A DNA stretch of 64,000 bases from Ylistrum balloti (lineage: Eukaryota): assembly GCF_031769215.1 (NCBI RefSeq), contig NW_026782173.1:310001-374000 (forward strand). The letters are read 5' to 3'. The number at the start of each line of letters is the position of its first letter. Within the stretch, counting starts at the first letter, position 1. The position numbers and the translations under genes were made by a program. Positions 61,214 through 64,000 of the stretch are shown here, one piece after another. The notes below the pieces were generated by a model. The model searched no databases. It was not told where the DNA came from and saw only the letters and a program-made list of their open reading frames with translations.

Positions 61214-61344
61214 AACATTTCTGCTCAATCTACCCATTTGAAATTTCTGCTCAACCTACCCACAAGAAATTTCTGCTCAACCTACCCACATGAAATTTCT
61301 GCTCAACCTATCCACATAAAAAAGCTGCTCATCCTATCCACACA
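61214..61344. repeat. 26-bp tandem repeat, about 5 copies
   Basis: AAATTTCTGCTCAACCTACCCACAWG at 61241, 61267 and 61293, plus degenerate flanking copies. Confidence 0.9.
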
Positions 61345-64000
61345 ATTTAATTGGCTAGAGCGATATCTTAAATTTCAATACATGTGTATGTGAGTATCTC
61401 CCTGGAGAGGTCATTAAACACGACCTCTACCTACGTGTGACGTGAGCACAGCCTCTACATGGTGACTAACGGGCCGTTATGACGATAGCAGATAATTCAC
61501 CTATTCCAGTCAACACAAAACAGCCTAAAACATGAATATTTGTAGATATGCCATAGGGAAAAGTGACTGAATAAAACATACTCTAGAATATAATAAACAT
61601 TGTACTGCGACGGACGTATACAGCCATATTAAAATACATCCCTTCGACTACTTTATAAAAATGAACGCAGGAAATACAATGGCATAGCATCTCACACGCT
61701 ACTACAAAATTGTACTACATGTTGTGTACGCGTAAAAGCTACTATAACTAATCGTGCACTTGTATATAAACTTTATTCTGAAATACGTTTATCTATTAGC
61801 ACCACATCTAAAAACAATTATCATTTTCGTGTATTGAGGTAAATACTTCGAAGTAAGACATTTTGGCAGTAGTGTTATTTTCACAGTTTCAACTGAATAT
61901 AAGATGAAACAACAAAAAATAAAAGCTTTAAATACAGTAAGAAGTGGCCTGAAGTTCAGCTTTGTCTTTTTAGAAAATATGTATCGATGAGACAGCTATG
62001 GCAGTATTGGTTTTTGGGATATAGCGAGGTTCCGTCTCCGGAATAAAGAACTGTTGTCCGTGATTAAGAATTGCATCTCGGAAGTAAATGTTTCAAATTT
62101 TGCTAATAGGATGACATCATTTTAATAATCTTCAAACCACACATCAAATAAGATATGGAGATTGGTGGCGAATGGTATGGGTACTTGCTCATCTGTAATA
62201 CATAAACTTCATTAAGAAATAATTGGTTTATACACGCGACGATGCCTGTGCTCGAATCGTGTATGCAGGTTTGTTATATCATTGTGGATAACCCCAAATG
62301 ATCATTTAGCCTCACATATAAACAGTAGTTTTGTTCAAAATCGGAAGAACGTATTCATTAAAATAACATACCTGCTCATTTTTGTGAAGGGGTGAATATA
62401 TATATATATATTTACATTGAACAATTAAAAAAACTCTACTCAAAAAAAGTAAAACGATAAAAAATTAAAAAAAAAATTGCAACATGGCGACATTATCATA
62501 ATCTAAACTCAAATTCTATAAAACAAAGGCAAAATAGGAAAAAAAATGTGGAATTTTTGTGTTAAATCATTCCGGACTTTCTTACCGAAGGGTAATTTAC
62601 AAAAAAAATTATTCTCTCAAATACAGTTTAAATAACGCTACGACGTACTTTGTGCGTCATTTTTCTAAATTCCTTCATATAAAGACGAGTGGTTTAAATC
62701 ATATTGTTTAGAGAACAAATTCATGTATTCGGTAATTGAACGCCATAAGATCAAAGAGCCATTTTAGGAACAATATCATACTATGTGTTTTTGCATGGTT
62801 TGCGATGAGTTATTTCTTTTATTCACATTCATTCAAATATGTATATGAAAAGAAATAAGGCCATTGAATGTTTGTTATTAAAACTGTATTGACCTATGAA
62901 TGAAAGTACATCGAAATGAATTTTACAGCTTTCTCAATATGGTCTTTATATATCATATAATTCAGGTATTCACAGTTTCAATAATCTGTTTGCCAGAACA
63001 TTCCAAAAATAGTCAGCCTGTATTTTCGTCCACACATTTAGCACAAGAAAGAGAGCTTCACAGACGGAAGGTCGGAAATCAGAGAGCCTACTTAAAACAA
63101 TTGTATTACGTCGTGAGTATAGGGAAATGACTATTTTGACCAGCTTGAGTTACGGAGATGATCGCCTGATAAACAATGTTAAATTAGATCGTCCCTGTAT
63201 AGCTATGCCCCTTCTATCCCGTCTCAATGGCCGGCATAGATCGATAACCAAAGAACAAACTGTCATCACTGAAAACCAGTTGTACAAGGCATTCTACAAT
63301 CCGCATTAACGAATGATTGCATTCACAAACCAATGTTGGTCTTATTTCCTTCATTTCCTGTCACTGAAGCCGACAGCAGGCATATGTTCTGTACATAATA
63401 CAACCTCCAATCTACAGAGACCGCACACATCACAGAACTAGTTTTCGCTTTAATCGGAAAAGAAAATGACACAGCATATTCCAAAAAGGCTTCACTTCAA
63501 ATAGAAGGAGATTAGTGAGATTCAGAGGTCGAACGTCGTGCATTCCATGCACCAATGTGTTTACTATTAATGACCCCAAAATTTTCAATTTACAATTATT
63601 GGAATACAATTTCAAAATATTTGTAATCTATATAGAAATATATCCAAGAAAACTTACTTAACATATTGTATCATGTAGCGACAGAGCATATTTTGGAAGG
63701 GATGTTCTTGGATAATAGGCACAAGCCTTTAGCATTAAGTGTATCAATTACAAGGTCAAGTTGAAGATTACATTGATATAAAGCGAATTCCTGGTATCAT
63801 GAAAAAATACAGATCGATTAAAAAGTATGTTCACACATGTTCAGTACTCTACATTCAATTTTGTACTATTTTCGTGAATTTCATAAACATACCTTTATGC
63901 TTTGTAATGTATTACTACACAAAAGCTTTAACCAATGGTACGCTTGGTAACAAAGTAATGTGGTACGTTTGTCTTCAATTCTGTATTATTCATATTGACA

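Overview
AT-rich eukaryotic genomic DNA with spliceosomal GT-AG introns. The repeat content (frequent TACATGTA, SINE- and Helentron-type elements) suggests a bivalve mollusc; this is inference. Two convergent protein-coding genes can be assembled by hand with consistent splice phases. (1) A 6-exon RING plus TRAF-type zinc-finger E3 ligase (RNF151-like, about 189 aa) on + at 365-5128. (2) A synaptotagmin-15-like tandem-C2 gene on -, with 7 firm coding exons from 47677 to 12749, a probable extra in-frame exon at 32996-33073, and an unresolved 5' end with no confidently identified transmembrane exon. The rest is intron or intergenic DNA. It holds tRNA-derived SINEs, a Helentron-type non-autonomous element, decayed Penelope-like and LINE fragments, a same-orientation dispersed repeat, and several minisatellites. 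The most striking structure is a near-perfect 21-copy 71-bp higher-order repeat that grades into its own 22-bp monomer array. Most ORF-track entries, including the 499-aa ORF, are intronic noise or repeat artefacts. I found no CRISPR array, rRNA or genuine tRNA gene, and no convincing new multi-gene system. The findings below are leads only, and all family assignments come from recalled motifs rather than database searches.
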